The notes: a model not told the origin generated them from the sequence alone. A stretch of 64,000 bases of DNA from Octopus sinensis (GCF_006345805.1 NC_043006.1:84816001-84880000); one strand, 5' to 3'; shown: positions 38,038 to 51,620, counted from the first letter of the stretch. Numbers and translations are program-made.

Positions 38038-38050
38038 ACAGACAGAGGAA
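37345..38050. repeat. (GAT)n/(GATAAA) repeat followed by GA-rich purine tract
   Basis: Direct inspection. Confidence 0.9.
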
Positions 38051-38109
38051 GGGACTACATGTATGTATATACATATATAAACATACATATAACATATGTG
38101 TGGGTGTGG

Positions 38110-38140
<31 letters not shown>

Positions 38141-38368
38141 TGTTTGTTTGTGTGTGTGTGTGTGTGTGTGTGTTCTATTCATTTAATCGTTTCACTCAAT
38201 AACCAGCCTTGAAGGGTTTTGGTCAATCATGGTCGGATACTTATTTTATTGATCTCTTCAGAAATCATCAAAGACAATGTATTATAATAAAGGAAAGAAA
38301 TATCGGTAACTGACAGGTATAGGCACATGATTGAACACTGAAATGGCAATTTCTTACTAAAACCACAT

Positions 38369-38590
38369 TTAACACTTTTGATACCAACATGCCGGAGACT
38401 GCCTCTGGTTCTTTGAGACAAACCACTTGTTTTGAACTGATATAGATTAAAACCTTCCGCCAAAATTTCCTGTTAATTTATGCTCCACATGTCACTTAAA
38501 CGTGACAGTTATTTTACTAAATTCTTTATTTTCAAAATTAATTAAAACACATGATGGGTATGTCAACAGAAATATGGTACCAAAAGGGTT
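38369..38590. mobile_element. piggyBac-like (TTAA) MITE
   Basis: TTAA CACTTTTGATACC ... GGTACCAAAAGGG TT. Confidence 0.7.
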
Positions 38591-38642
38591 GTGTGAATGC
38601 GCACGCACATGTGTGTATGTGCATGAGTGTGCCTATTTATTT

Positions 38643-38873
38643 ATTTATTTACTACCCACAAGGAGCTAAACACAGAGAGGACAAACAAGGACAGAAAAAC
38701 GGGTTAAGTTGATTATATCAACCCCAGTGCATAACTGGTACTTATTTAATTGACCCCGAAAGGATGAAAGTCAAAGTCGACCTTGGCAGAATTTGAACTC
38801 AGAACGTAGTGGCAGACGAAATACTGCTAAGCATTTCGCCCAGTGTGCTAAAATTTCTGCCAGCTCACCGCCT
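38643..38873 (-). mobile_element. SINE family A (tail 1), 12-bp TSD
   Basis: GCCTATTTATTT at 38631-38642 and 38870-38881. Confidence 0.85.
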
Positions 38874-39043
38874 ATTTATTTGTCTTCAGATTGACTCAGA
38901 AATGACCATAATTATGAATGAATGAGGAGACGCAAAATCTGCAAGTTGCAGTGCAGACAAGCCACCTAAAAGACCAGTAACTCTGAAATAAAACTGATGC
39001 AGGGCAGAACAATTGTAGTTCTGATTTCTGGCACAGACAATTC

Positions 39044-39300
39044 CAATGAGTCTCAACTAGGGCCCATATGACCCGTGGGGGTCCATGTAAGATTTTATTG
39101 CTAGAATTTGTTAGGTGTAGTAAACTGGTTATGTTTCTCCCATGCACAAAATATTTTAGTAATTTTTTTAATGCAATTCCTAATATTTAAACAAAAACAT
39201 AATAGGATATTTTAGACATCAAGTGGCTATGAGGGGAACCTTCCATGAGTAAAATAGGAATCAAAGGGGTCCATAGGCAAAAAATGGTTGAGAACTACAG
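39044..39300. mobile_element. hAT-type MITE related to 10028-10785
   Basis: CAATGAGTCTCAAC ... GGGGTCCATAGG...GGTTGAGAACTACAG. Confidence 0.65.
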
Positions 39301-39305
39301 CTCTA

Positions 39306-39527
39306 TGAGGGGGTGCTGCAAAAGTTCCTGGTTTTAAGGATATTGCAAAAGGCTTGGCAGGAGGCCCAATCTTCCAAGTTCTTTTATAAGGCTTTGTAAA
39401 ACTGAAGGACTACTGCAATAAGTGAGTGAATCTGAGAGGGGAATATGTTGAATAGAATCCTAATTAACTGATCCTCCTGCATTTTTTTTTTTTTGCTTGA
39501 ACCCAGGAACTTTTGAGCAGCCCCTTG
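39306..39527 (+). mobile_element. mariner deletion derivative
   Basis: TA-flanked TIRs GAGGGGGTGCTGCAAAAGTTCCTGG / CCAGGAACTTTTGAGCAGCCCC; internal LKDYCNK*VNLRGEYVE* resembles a mariner transposase C-terminus. Confidence 0.8.
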
Positions 39528-39880
39528 TAGAGCCATTGATATGATAAAAGGTACCCAATCCTTGCTCTAAAGTGGTTGGCAACAGAAAGAGCATTCAGCT
39601 GTAAAAAAGGAAATAAACATATGCCAAAATACATAACATGCACACCAACAAATGCTGGTGTTTTGCCTTTGTTGCAGTGGGTGCTCAATGATGAAGGACT
39701 GCAGCAAACTGTAGAGATGCTGTGTAACCCAGCCAACTCATGTCAACATGACAAAATGGACATTTGATGGATGGTCATGTATGCAGAAATGTGTATGTTA
39801 GTGAGTATTTGTGTGTAATGTATGTATGTAAGTATTGACTGATGAATGGATGTGCATGTCGTTACATGAGTGTGTGTGTA

Positions 39881-40097
39881 TTTATTTCTTTATTGCCCAC
39901 AGGGGGCTAAACAAGGATAGACAAAGGGATTAAGTCGATTACATTGACCCCAGTGCTTAACTGGTACTTATTTAATCGATCCTGAAAGGATGAAAGGCAA
40001 TGTCGACCTCGGCAGAATTTGAACTCAGAACGTAACAGCAGACGAAATACCGCTTAGCATTTCGCCTGGCATGCTAACGATTCTGTCAGCTCACCAG
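39881..40097 (-). mobile_element. SINE family A (tail 1)
   Basis: Family A motifs. Confidence 0.85.
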
Positions 40098-40292
40098 CCT
40101 TTTGAGTATATGTATTGACCAATGTGTGTGTGTAGGAGGCAAGCATAGCAGAGAAAATAAAAGAATGGAACTAAATACCAATGATACTGCTTTTCATCAT
40201 CCAAAAATAGTGTAAATGCAAACACAAACATATATATATATATATACACCCAAATATAAAATTATTACATGTATGTACGTATATATGTGTGT

Positions 40293-40329
<37 letters not shown>

Positions 40330-41396
40330 TTGCCATTTACTTCTGATGAGGGTGGCCTGTATTCATTTAATAGATCCATAAAAATTTATCTTATATACAC
40401 TTATGACATCATAGGTATGTACTATGTATGAATGTGATTACAACATAAGCCATGGTTCATCCGAAACAGCTGTCAAGATAAGACTATTATGTAACTCCTC
40501 CATTTACTTTGTTTCTTTAGTCTGTTCTCTGTAATTTGTAATTCTGTGTGAATATATGCATTAAGCATACATGTGTTTATCTGCCTTTCTCCTTATGTAT
40601 GTGTGCATGTGTGTGTGAGTGTGTGTGTGTGTGTGTATGTGTGTGTGTGTGTGTATGTGTGTGTGTGTGTGTGTGTCTATGTATCTTTCTCCCTCGCCTA
40701 CACTTCTTGCTGCTATTTAGCCATAGTCCACTCTCATCTAGTCATGACCATTCCATCAAGTTCTCTACTTTTTTTTTATATTTTCTCAGGGCAGGCCTAT
40801 ATCTAGAACCATATTATTCAATATGATAATATCGCCTTCATCTTTTCTTTCTTTTTTTTTCATTGTTTTACTTATAAGACAATACAGTGTAATTTGAAGA
40901 AAACATAGCTACTATTTCTAGCAAGTCAGGAGGTAATCTGGAGACTTGAACCATATCAGCTTGTCCCACTTAGGAACACATATACAGGAATGGCTCAAAC
41001 ACAAGATTGGAAGTGCATATAGGTTACAAACAGTATCATTTATCTTCCACAAAAGACACAGAATAATGCCTACTAGTAGAAGTAGAAGAAGACAGATCAC
41101 ACACATACACATACGCACACATACACACCCATACACATATGCTTGCACACGTTATCAATTCATTTACACGGGCCAAGAATCTGGCATACTATCAACTAAA
41201 TTGCTGCTCCTTCTTGTGTAAGCTTAACCAGAGACGCATATAAGACATATATATAGATGCTTATGTAGATGTTAAGAGTTATGAATAGATAATGGGAAAG
41301 AAGAAAAAAAAGAAGAAATATTGCTTTGTAAGTTCTTGCTAGATGAGTAAAGAGAATTCCACTAGAAGACATAACATGTCCTTTATATGTGCATAT

Positions 41397-41427
<31 letters not shown>

Positions 41428-41494
41428 TTACCACTGCCGTCACCATCACTTTTGCCACCGTCATCACCATCATGATCGTTATTACCATTATTTA

Positions 41495-41700
41495 ATGGAT
41501 ATATTCCATATTCCATGTTGACAAAATCCAATGGGTCTAAGGACTGCATAATACTCCAGTGTCTGCTTCAACAGGGTTTCTACAGCTGGATGCCCTTCAT
41601 AATGCCAGCACATACTGGGTGCATTTTTGTTTGTTTATTTATTTTTTTTTTGCACCTCCAGCACTAGTGAGGACGCCATGCAGCTAGCAAGATTATGAAC
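41495..41700 (-). mobile_element. Family C, degenerate
   Basis: TTTCTACAGCTGGATGCCCTTC. Confidence 0.6.
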
Positions 41701-41796
41701 CTTGGGGAGCATGAAGTGGAGGAGAAAATGAAAGAGAAAATATGAACTGTGTCACTTTTGTTATTTAGCTGTAGGTCATCCCTGACTAAATAAGTT

Positions 41797-42052
41797 TATT
41801 ATTACCTCTGCCTTACTGGAGGTATTCTTTTCAGTCATATTTGTTTATTTGTTTGTCCATGGACAAGATATCTCAAGAACCACTGGATGGATTCGAATGA
41901 AACTTTCAGGGATGTTTGGCCTCATGACTGGCACAAACTGATTAGATTTTGGGATCAATCCAGTACCAATTTTGGATTATTTTTCCTGATTTTTCTTTAC
42001 CTCCACCTTAGCTAAGGCAGGGGTATTGTTTTCAGTCATGTTTGTTTGTCTG
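41797..42052 (+). mobile_element. HINE-like (Helentron-associated) non-autonomous element
   Basis: TTACCTCTGCC...GGAGGTATT.TTTTCAGTC..TTTGTTT(A/G)T start, repeated at 41998 (TTACCTCCACCTTAGCTAAGGCAGGGGTATTGTTTTC); family assignment from memory. Confidence 0.55.
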
Positions 42053-42149
42053 ACTTCCTACGCAACCGCTGAGCCTGGATGCGCATTCATCCATCCGTCG
42101 ATGCTCTCGGTGTCGGGGGTTGACCTGCTTTCTCTTCTGCAAGTCTTAC

Positions 42150-42287
42150 AAGTAGCAAAGGACCACATTTCGGACTTCTCCCATCATGCGATCTCTGGGA
42201 CGAAGACCGTTCGCTCAACAGCAACAGCAGCAATAGCAGGATCAGTAGTGGTAATAACAGTAATTGTGATGTGGAGTATGAGGACAT
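42150..42287 (-). CDS. Candidate coding exon with signal peptide (unverified)
   Basis: ATG at 42287, MSSYSTSQLLLLPLLILLLLLLLLSERSSSQRSHDGRSPKCGPLLL, then GTAAGA donor; CpG-rich unique sequence; possible acceptors near 42335-42346. Confidence 0.25.
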
Positions 42288-42944
42288 AAAGATGATCAAA
42301 CCATAAATCAATGTGATATTTAGAAAGGAAAATCTAAAACAGAACTGCGAAGGCGAAAGAAAAGTTGGTTGTCTTGTCTGTGTAATGAAATGAAATTAAG
42401 GTAACATCTTCTGTGTGTATAGTAAATATTGCAATTATTTTTCTTAGCAATTAGTGTACTGAAATTATTTTCCATAGCAATTAGTGTACATTCTCACAAA
42501 AGTCAAAAGAACAATCTAGAAGCCATTGGGAAAGAAACAAAATACTACCACCACCACCACTACACACACATATATACAAACTAAAAATAATAAAAATCAC
42601 ACATTTAATGCAAAACGCAAACAAAAAACTTTTTAAAATACCAATATTCATAGAAAAATAACTTGAACTGACAAGGCATTATAAAACGTGTGTGTGTTTG
42701 TTGGTTTGTCTTATTCACTTAAAAAGTGTTTGTTAGTTATTTATTTGATTTTTTTGTTTGTTTATTTTCTTATTTTATTTCTTCTTTGTATTCCTGTTTT
42801 GTTTTTTTGTTTGTATAATGAAGAAATTTTCATTTTTGTGATTAATAAACAAACATGACTCTGTACAAAAAGTGCTGGGTTTGCAAGGTTGGCACAAAGT
42901 AATGTTCAGCCCAAGGCACACTTTGCTTAGCAATACTACTTCTA

Positions 42945-43270
42945 GAGGCACATGGCTTAGTGGTTAGAGTATTCGGCTCATGATCATAAGGTCACGAGTT
43001 CAATTCCTCACAACGTGTTGTGTCCTTGAGCAAGACACTTTATTTCACATTGCTTCAGTTCACTCAGCTAGCAATAATGAGTAGTGCCTGTACTTCAAAG
43101 GGGCCAACCTTGTCACATTCTGTGTCACACTGAATCTCCATGAGAATTATGTTAAGAGTACATGTCTCTGTGGAGTACTCAGCCACATGCATGTTAATTT
43201 CATGAACAGGCTGTCCTGTTGATTGGATCAACTGGAGCCCTTGTCATCAGAACCAATAGAGTGCCAGTTA
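42945..43270 (+). mobile_element. SINE with family E head/CORE and family D tail
   Basis: GGCACATGGCTTAGTGGTTAGAG...GAGTTCAATTCC...CCTTGAGCAAGACACTT...GTGGAGTACTCAGCCAC...ATCAACTGGAGCCC. Confidence 0.75.
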
Positions 43271-44934
43271 CTACTTCTATACTGCATTAATAAAATGTTT
43301 TTACCTCTTCCTCCCCACTCTCTCTCTCTCTCTCTCTCTGTATCTCTCTCTTTCTCATCAAACAAAGAAATATACATACCTCTGTACTGCTGTAGGTAGC
43401 TAAATAGTTGAATGATCTCCCTTGCAAAAAAGATTATAGAGTAACCTCCCTTTTCTACGCTTCTCGAAGCATCTGTGTCATGAGACGTGATTCTTAATTA
43501 TTCAAGAAGCTTAGCGTTTCTCTTAGAAGTTTCTATAACGCCTAGCGTTCCATTAATAAAAACAGCTTGCTAACCCAGCTTTTCGTTTCTCAGTCAATTA
43601 GACTTAGAGCCATTTACTTCATTGCTATGTCTATTTCTCTACATTACATGACTGAAAACCACCACTTAGCTGTTATTTCTACATTTTCTATCTTTGAACT
43701 TTCTTGCATAGATTACTTCATTCAACTGGATTCTACAATTTGATTCTATGTATCATCATTGACCAATGGCCTGCTGTGCTAACCATGGATCGTAGAGTGA
43801 CCCGCTGTTCTTGAGGAGACCTATTGAGTCAACTTCAACAACAACATCGAAATAAAAATCAAATGGAAATTGTAGTTAAGATACCCGTGCTAGCAGCATG
43901 TAAAGAGCACCATCCGAATGTGACAGGTTGGTACACAGTTTGTGTCTACCAACTTCTCTCGAAAAGCATTGGTTGGCCCAGGGTTTTAGAAGATACTTGC
44001 TGAAGGTGCCACGTGGTGGGATTGAACCCAAAACTGCACGGTTGTAAAGTGAGCTTCTTGTCAACACAAACATACAAGAGAAGGTCATGAAAAATTAAAA
44101 TTTCTTTTTAATCATCATAACACATAACTAAACTGCAGTTTCAATGAATTCTTTATTGCTCCGTTGACCTCCCATAAACAACCTTGAAACAAAAATTTAG
44201 TTTTTTTTTGTTTTGTTTTTTTACTTCAATAATTACAAGGCTGTAATTTTGGTGAGTGACAGAAGCAGGAAGGGGAGATAACACTGATTTATTTATTACA
44301 TCAGAATGCCTTGCCAATATTTCAGTTTTCCAATCTGAAAATGGAATGTTGTATATGTGTATAAGAGTGTTTCACAGTGATGTGATGTGTGTGTGTGTAA
44401 TAGTTGAAAGATATAAATTAAAGCAAACTGATCGTTAGGAGAAATTACATTTAAAGAAATTCTAATTTATATAATGGCAACTGAGGAGAGGAAAAAGCAT
44501 CTGACAAGGAAAAATTGTTGTAGTTGTTGTTGTTGTGTTTGCTGCTGCTGCTGCTGATGATGATGTTGTTGTTTGGCTGCAGGTCATCTTTGATCATGAA
44601 GATCTAAAATCAGAAGACAAACCATACTGTCAATTTTTTGTTTTTCCCAAACAGTGTACATAACCATTTTATCCACTAGGTCCTGCCCATTTGTATTTTT
44701 TTTTCTTAAGGTGGTAGGGGTGTGACTTGATGGCGACCAGCTGTTTGGCTGTTATTTTTAGCGGATCGAGTCACCATGTAGAAGATTGTTGAATTTTCAG
44801 AGTGGCAAAGTTTGTGCACAGAGCTGAAGCCACAAGATGGATATAGTGAAGTCATAATTACTGGTTTCTAACATGTGTGTGTGCGTGTGTGTGTGTGTGT
44901 GTGTAAACATGTAAATCTCTCAGTCTCTCTCCCT

Positions 44935-44976
<42 letters not shown>

Positions 44977-45033
44977 TCATCATTGTTTAACGTTTGCCTT
45001 CCATGCTAGCATGGGTGGGACCTACAAATATAT

Positions 45034-45451
45034 ATTTACTCTTTTACTCTTTTACTTACTTCAGTCATTTGACTGTGGCCATGCTGGAGCACAGCCTTTA
45101 GTCAAGCAAATTGACCCCAGGACTTATTCTTTGTAAGCTTAGTACTTATTCTATCGGTCTCTTTTGCCGAACCGCTAAGTTATGGTGATATAAACACACC
45201 AGCATCGGTTGTCAAGCGATGTAGAGAGGACAAACACAGACACACAAACATATACACACACACATATATATATGTGTATATATACATATATGCAACAGGC
45301 TTCTTTCAGTTTCCGTCTACCAAATCCACTCACAAGGCTTTGGTTGACATGAGGCTATAGTAGAAAACACTTGCCCAAGGTGCCACACAGTGGGACTGAA
45401 CTCGGAACCATATGGTTGGTAAACAAGCTACTTACCACACAGCCATTCCTA

Positions 45452-45452
<1 letters not shown>
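45034..45452 (-). mobile_element. SINE family B
   Basis: Family B motifs. Confidence 0.9.
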
Positions 45453-45502
<50 letters not shown>

Positions 45503-46289
45503 AAACATACATACATATATATATGTGTGTGTGTGTGTGTGTTTGTTTGTATACGTATCATCATCATAATCATTTAGCATCCGTTGTCCATGCTGGCATG
45601 GATTGGACAATTTGACAAAACACAATGAGTCAGAGAACACGGCTGAGCTCCAACATCTGCTTTAGTAAGGTTTCAATGACTAGATGTTCTTATAGCACCA
45701 ACATTAGTTAGATCATCAGGTAACACATACGACAAGACACCCTGGTAGAGAGGGAGTGCAATATTGAGAGATGGGGCTTTGTGCCAGACACTGAAAGGCT
45801 AAATTATGATAGAGTTACAGAGACATATATAGAGAGAAGACAGCTGTGAACATGCTTCTGCCTCAACAGATGTCCTCAGCATAGCAATTGCCTTACCTTG
45901 ACTCCAGCAGGCATAAGATTAAAGCATATAGTTAAAAAAAGAGTGCAGAATATTTATGACCAAGGTAATTAGCATAAATAAAACAAAAAGGAACTTTGAA
46001 ATAACATACAGTGGCTGGTTGCTAATGTGTGTGTGTGTGGATATCATTGTTATCATACAAAAGTGTCATAAATCCAAAACGTTGCTTTTTCAGAAAATGA
46101 TAAAATAGCTTCATTTGTTTGTATGTATACTGACAGGCAAACAGATAGGTCTGATCAGGATGGGTGTGGGAGCATGTGCTGTTGCAGTGTGTTGCTGCAT
46201 TTACCATTTGTAGGTATATTCTTGGATCCTCCCAGGCGACTCTTCAAGCAGAGTCCCAGTCAGTCTTCATCTCCACAAGATACCCCCTC

Positions 46290-46697
46290 ATATGCCATGA
46301 AAGGCACCATTCGAGCGTGATCGTTACCAGCGTCGCCTTAAAGAGCACCATCCAAGCATGATTGTTGCCAGAGCGGCTACCTAGCCTCCATGCCGGTGGT
46401 TTGTAAAAGACACCATTCGAGCATGATCGTTACCAGCATCGCCTTACTGGCACCCATGCCGGTGGCATGTGTAAAAGATTCGAGCGAGGCCATTGCCAGT
46501 ACTGCCTGACTGGCTCCGTGCCAGTGGCACGTAAAAGCACCCACTACACTCTCAGAGTGGTTGGCATTAGGAAGGGCATCCAGCTGTAGAAACTCTGCCA
46601 GATCAAGATCGATGCCTGGTGCAGCCATCTGGTCAGCCCTCAGTCATTCGTCCAACCCATGCTAGCAAGGAAAGCAGACATTAAACGATGATGATGA
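46290..46697 (+). mobile_element. Family C long form
   Basis: Repeated CACCATTCGAGC.TGATCGTTACCAGC modules, then common end. Confidence 0.85.
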
Positions 46698-46699
46698 TG

Positions 46700-46930
46700 T
46701 AGCATAAGGCCGACCAACACACAAGCCATCAATCCAACCAAATCCCCAGTGAAGAGAACAAGGTAAGCAAGGGTCTAGCCTGAAAAATCTAGCAACATGA
46801 TAAAACAGTCTGAGCTGGCACTCCTGAACCATACATGTAACAGGACACATCCTGATTTCTGAGTAGAGTTGTTGGCAGGATATAAAACCCAACCAATGAG
46901 AACCCATAATCCTGCAAAGCATCCTGATAC
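46700..46930 (-). mobile_element. RTE-type ORF remnant
   Basis: RIMGSHWLGFISCQQLYSEIRMCPVTCMVQECQLRLFYHVARFFRLDP resembles the post-RT region of RTE elements (QLR..GHVAR). Confidence 0.6.
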
Positions 46931-46968
46931 CAAAAGAGTTCAGGTGAGGAAATAGATAAATCTAAATA

Positions 46969-47198
46969 TATATTTCTTTACTACCCACAAGGGGCTAAAC
47001 ATAGAGGGGACAAACAAGGACAGACAAAGGGGTTAAGTCGATTACATCGATCCCAGTGCGAAACTAGTATTTTATTTATCGACCCCAAAAGGATGAAAGG
47101 CAAAGTCGACCTCAGTGGAATTTGAACTCAGAACGTAGCGGCAGACGAAATACCGCTAAGCATTTCGCCCGGCACGCTAACGTTTCTGCCAGCTCGCC
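46969..47198 (-). mobile_element. SINE family A (tail 1), CpG-intact
   Basis: Family A motifs. Confidence 0.9.
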
Positions 47199-47639
47199 TG
47201 AATATATTTAAGCCCTCATTTTTACATCTGGCTTTCCATGCTGGCATGTGTTGGACAGGGTTACATGAGGTTGTGTTTTACAGTTGGATGTCCTATCTGA
47301 TGCTGGTCCTTTTTTGAATGCTTCTTCTTATGACACATTATAAAGGTTAGAAAATGACAAACATTATACTCTGTAATAGAGCAACAGTGAGTAGAATTAA
47401 TGTTTCGACCCTTTATGATCAGAGGTATCTATTGATGAGCGATCAGGCTTAAGAGTCATTAAGAGGAAAGGAAATGCGAATTATATATGAGTGTGTGTGA
47501 GAGATAAGAGATATGAATATAGATTATATCATAAGGTACATAGTTTGTCTATGACTGAAAGTATGGTTAATGATGTAATAACTGCTGGACTGATGTCGAG
47601 ATAGAAGACTTTATATGTTGAAGTCAGAGGTCAGATGTC

Positions 47640-47845
47640 AGCAGGGATGATGATGATGGTGGTGGTGATGAGGATGTTGGTGGTGATGAGGATGTTAGTG
47701 GTGATGGTGATATTAATGGTGGAGGTGATGGTGATGCTGATAGTGGTGGGGATGATGATGATGATGATAGTGGTGGAGGTAGTAATGATGGTGATGATGA
47801 TCATCATTATCATTAAGTTGATAATGATGATGATGATGATGTCAT
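47640..47845. repeat. (GAT)/(GGT) repeat
   Basis: Direct inspection. Confidence 0.9.
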
Positions 47846-48109
47846 AACTACTTTCCTAACACCCAAGAAACATATGTATTCCTAAAGCTATGATTCATAT
47901 CATTCCATCTTCCGCTACAACATGCACACAACATATGTCGACACAACATATGGCCCATGGACTGCATGCAGTCTACCGGAGCACCCCTACAGAACATGTG
48001 GTGAATATGGAAATAATGTTTACTTAAAACCCATCAGAAATGACAAGGAAGGTACACAGTCATGCTCCAGACATTCAACCAACCCACCCAAAAATCCTAC
48101 CTACATACT

Positions 48110-48610
48110 CACAGGCTTACCTACCTACCTACCTATCTACATACATACATACCTGCCAATCTAACAGTCTATCTATCTATCTATCTAACTATCTATCTAT
48201 CTATATCTGTATATAGACATATGTTTGGCTATCGATCTTTCAATCTGTTTGTCTATCTATCGATCTATTTCTCCCCCTCTCTCTCTCTTGCTCTCCCCCA
48301 TTTTTATCTATCTATCTACCAATCTATCTAATTACTTCTGTCTGTCTGTCTGTCTGTCTATCTATTGTTATCTGTCTATGTTTCTACTTATCTGTCAAAC
48401 TTTCTATCAGTCTCTCTCTCTCTCTCTCTCTCTCTCTTGCTGCCCTTCCCCCTTTCTATCTATCTATCTACTTATCTATCAATCTACTTCTATCTGTCTA
48501 TCTTTCTATTTATCTTTCAATCACTGTCAGTCGCTCTCTCTCTCCCTCTCTGTCTGTCTGTCTGCCTGTCTTTATCAAATTACTTACCTATCTATCAATC
48601 TATGTCTGTC
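48110..48610. repeat. (CTAT)/(CTGT)/(CT) tetra- and dinucleotide block
   Basis: Direct inspection. Confidence 0.88.
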
Positions 48611-49378
48611 TAATTTTAACATTGATAGTGTTTAACATCCATTTTGCCATGCTTGCATGTGTCAGACGGAATTTATTAAGGCAGATTTTTCCCTGATCAG
48701 ATTCCCCTCTGTCACCAACACTTACCTGTTTCCAAGCAAGGTAATATTTTTCCATAGGTAGATATGTTTTTTCATAGAAGACTAAAAACAAACAAGCATT
48801 AAGAGACATTTACAACCACCTTGTGATGATTTGACAGATACATATACATCCATTCACTAGGCTTTGGTTGGCCCGAGGCTATAGTAGAAGACACTTGCCC
48901 AAGGTGCCACACAGTGGGACTGAACCCAGAACCATGTGGTTGGTAAGCAAGCAACTTACCACACAGCCAGTCCTAAGCCTATATATATATATATGTACAC
49001 ACACCAGACAAACTATTCTAGTACCATAATTCAATATGTCAAAGACAAAGGAGATGATTTTATAACAATCACCACATTACAAAACTTCATTTTCTTTCTC
49101 TTCTTCTCCTTCTTTCTTCCTCTTCCTTTTTTCACTCTTTCTCCTTTTCCCTCCAATTCTCTTTCTTTTTCTTCTTATTCCCTCCTCCTCCTCCTTTTAC
49201 ATTCTTGTTGTTGACATTGTGTTTTCATTCAATAATGTTTCCAATAACTTCAAGTGAATTATTTAATAAAATCAAATCAACACAACGGGGAAAAGGGGAA
49301 AAGAAAAAAACAACCTCCCTTCTCTCTCCCCGCTCTCCCCTATCTCTTTCTCTCTCTCCATCCTCTCCCCTATCTTTT

Positions 49379-49419
<41 letters not shown>

Positions 49420-49734
49420 CTATTTTGCTCAGTTTAACAAGAAAGTATTTAAATGGTACTATCTATGGAGTGCAAACAATGTTCGTTGTTGTTGTTATTG
49501 CTGTTGCTGTTGTGATTGCTGTTGTTAGTGTTGTTTGTTTCTTGTTGCTTTGTCTTTTGATTTTTTTTTCTTTCTTTTTCCGTAAATTTAAATTTAATTC
49601 TATTTTAGTGAGTTAGCTTTTCTTAATCCCTCCAGCTATTTAAATGTAATTGAAGTCGTTTCTGCGCTGTTGTTGCTGTTGTTGTTGTGTTGCTGTTTTT
49701 TTTTCTTTTTACTTTCCCTGTTTGCTGTTTTAGC

Positions 49735-49962
49735 AGATGATGATGAGGAGGAGGAGGAGGTGATAGTGCTGTTGGTGACAGTGGTGATGATGATGATGAT
49801 GATAGTGATGGTGGCGATGGTGATACTAATGGTGATGGTGATGCTGATGCTGATAGTGGTGGGGATGATGATGATGGCAATGATAGTGGTGTTAGCAATG
49901 ATGATGATGATGGTGACCATGATAATGATGATGAATACTAAGCACAAGGGTGGTGGCAAATG

Positions 49963-49996
<34 letters not shown>

Positions 49997-50045
49997 GGTG
50001 GTGGTGGTGGTGGTGGTGATGATGATTATGATGATGACAACGATG
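49735..50045. repeat. (GAT)/(GGT) repeat
   Basis: Direct inspection. Confidence 0.9.
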
Positions 50046-50494
50046 GTGTTGGCAACTGCAAATATTTTCACAGCTTTCAAGTCAGCGGATTCTATCTTTC
50101 TGACACCTAACTCACAAAATAATCCGAAAACTACCAGGTTTACAACAATCTATGTTATTTGAGGATAATTTTTATGCTCGGTTTCAATTTAATAATTGAT
50201 GGAATTACAATGATACAGAGATAACCGATAAGAATACTAAAGTCAGACCAGATCGAATGAGATCAAATTCTACATTCTGTAAACTGAGTTCAAATCCAGC
50301 CGACGGAAACGGAGGAAAGAAGCTGAGGATTTTTGTTTTCCATATTTTGTGACATTAACAAAATATACACCCATCTTAACTTGCCAACCACACCCCCAAT
50401 GCCCATCATCATCATCATCATCATCATCATCCTTTTACATCAGTTTTCCATGTTGGGATAAGTTGAACGGTTTGACAGAAGGTGACCAGCTGAA

Positions 50495-50731
50495 GGCGGT
50501 GAGCTGGCAGAAACGTTAGCATGCCGGGCAAGATGCTTAGCGGTATTTTGTCTACCGTTACGTTCTGAGTTCAAATTCTGCCATGGTCGACTTTGCCTTT
50601 CATCCTTTCGGGGTCGATAAATTAAGTACCAGTTATACACTGGGATCGATGTCATTGATTTAATCCCTTTGTCTGTCCTTGTTTGTCCTCTCTATGTTTA
50701 GTCCCTTGTGAACAATAAAGAAATAAGAAAC
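50495..50731 (+). mobile_element. SINE family A (tail 1) nested in family C (50404-50860, -), 12-14-bp TSD
   Basis: TGACCAGCTGAAGG at 50483-50496 and 50732-50745. Confidence 0.9.
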
Positions 50732-50879
50732 TGACCAGCTGAAGGGCTGTTTAGGCCTCGTGACTGTTCTAGAATGGTTTCTATGGCTTGATGCCCTTCC
50801 TAACACCAACCACTTTACAGAGTGTACTGGGCACTTTTACATGACACCGACACAAGTTCCTTTTACATAGAACCAGTAC

Positions 50880-51200
50880 TTCCAAACCAGCAAGATTAAG
50901 GAGATGCTCAGCTGAAAAGAGTTACAAGGGACAAGCCTGTATGCAAGGGTCACTATGCTTTTACTGAGTCTGACATCTTTTCAAGCACAGCAAACTGCCA
51001 GGAGGCTCAGTCCCCTGTGGTCCCCTCTTTGAGTCCCAACATCTATAGATCCTTTCTCACCACTTTGTTCCACATGTTCCTGGGTCTACCCCTTCCACAT
51101 GTTGACAGGTGCCATTCTCTACAATTAGAGAACGGCACCTCTTGATGCAACTGTCCTTATTCATATGCATTACATGGCCATACTAACACTGTCGCGTTTT
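50880..51200 (-). mobile_element. RTE-type ORF C-terminus remnant
   Basis: YGHVMHMNKDSCIKRCRSLIVE...CGRGRPRNMWNKVVRKDL*MLGL...WQFAVLEK. Confidence 0.75.
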
Positions 51201-51334
51201 TCAATTAATCATTCATTATCTCATAGCTTCAAGATTCCGATGATGTGGTTGTTTATTTATACAATGACATTGTAGGATAAGATATGATAGGTCAGATCAG
51301 GCTGGTTTGAACATAAAACAGTTAGAATATTTTG

Positions 51335-51620
51335 CAGTTTTATATTTAAAAGATGTGGAATTATGTACATTATTTACATTTGACAGATATTTGTTGTTAA
51401 CACAACACTCCGGCTGTTATACCCTCCAGCCTTCATCAGGTGTCTTGGGGAAATTTCGAACTTGGGTTCTCATTCCTAAGGTATTTTTCGATGTTGTTGT
51501 TGTTGTTGTTGTTATTGTTATTATTATTATTATCATAATTATTCAGGTCACTGACTGGAATCAAAATCGGAATCTTGGGGTTAGTAGCCCGCGTTCTTAA
51601 CCATTACACCATATGCCCAC
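51335..51620 (-). mobile_element. Family G: tRNA-derived head + (AAT/AAC)n + hammerhead + tail (left arm)
   Basis: GTGGGCATATGGTGTAATGGTTAAGAACGCGGGCTACTAACCCC...GATTCC; hammerhead at 51399-51444 with CUGAUGA intact and GAAAC changed to GGAGU. Confidence 0.75.

Noticed and set aside
40335-40385. TTACTT CTGATGA GGGT...ATCC after (TA)n
   Set aside because: GAAAC, stem III and the 3' strand of stem I are absent; at most a decayed remnant.
47922-48100. ORF with YGPWTACS...TCG, reminiscent of a thrombospondin type 1 repeat
   Set aside because: Spacing and Trp pattern do not fit, there are no clear splice sites, and it runs into microsatellite.
19790-51620. tRNA-like heads of SINEs D, E and G as tRNA genes
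   Set aside because: Acceptor stems are not complementary and each continues into a SINE body.
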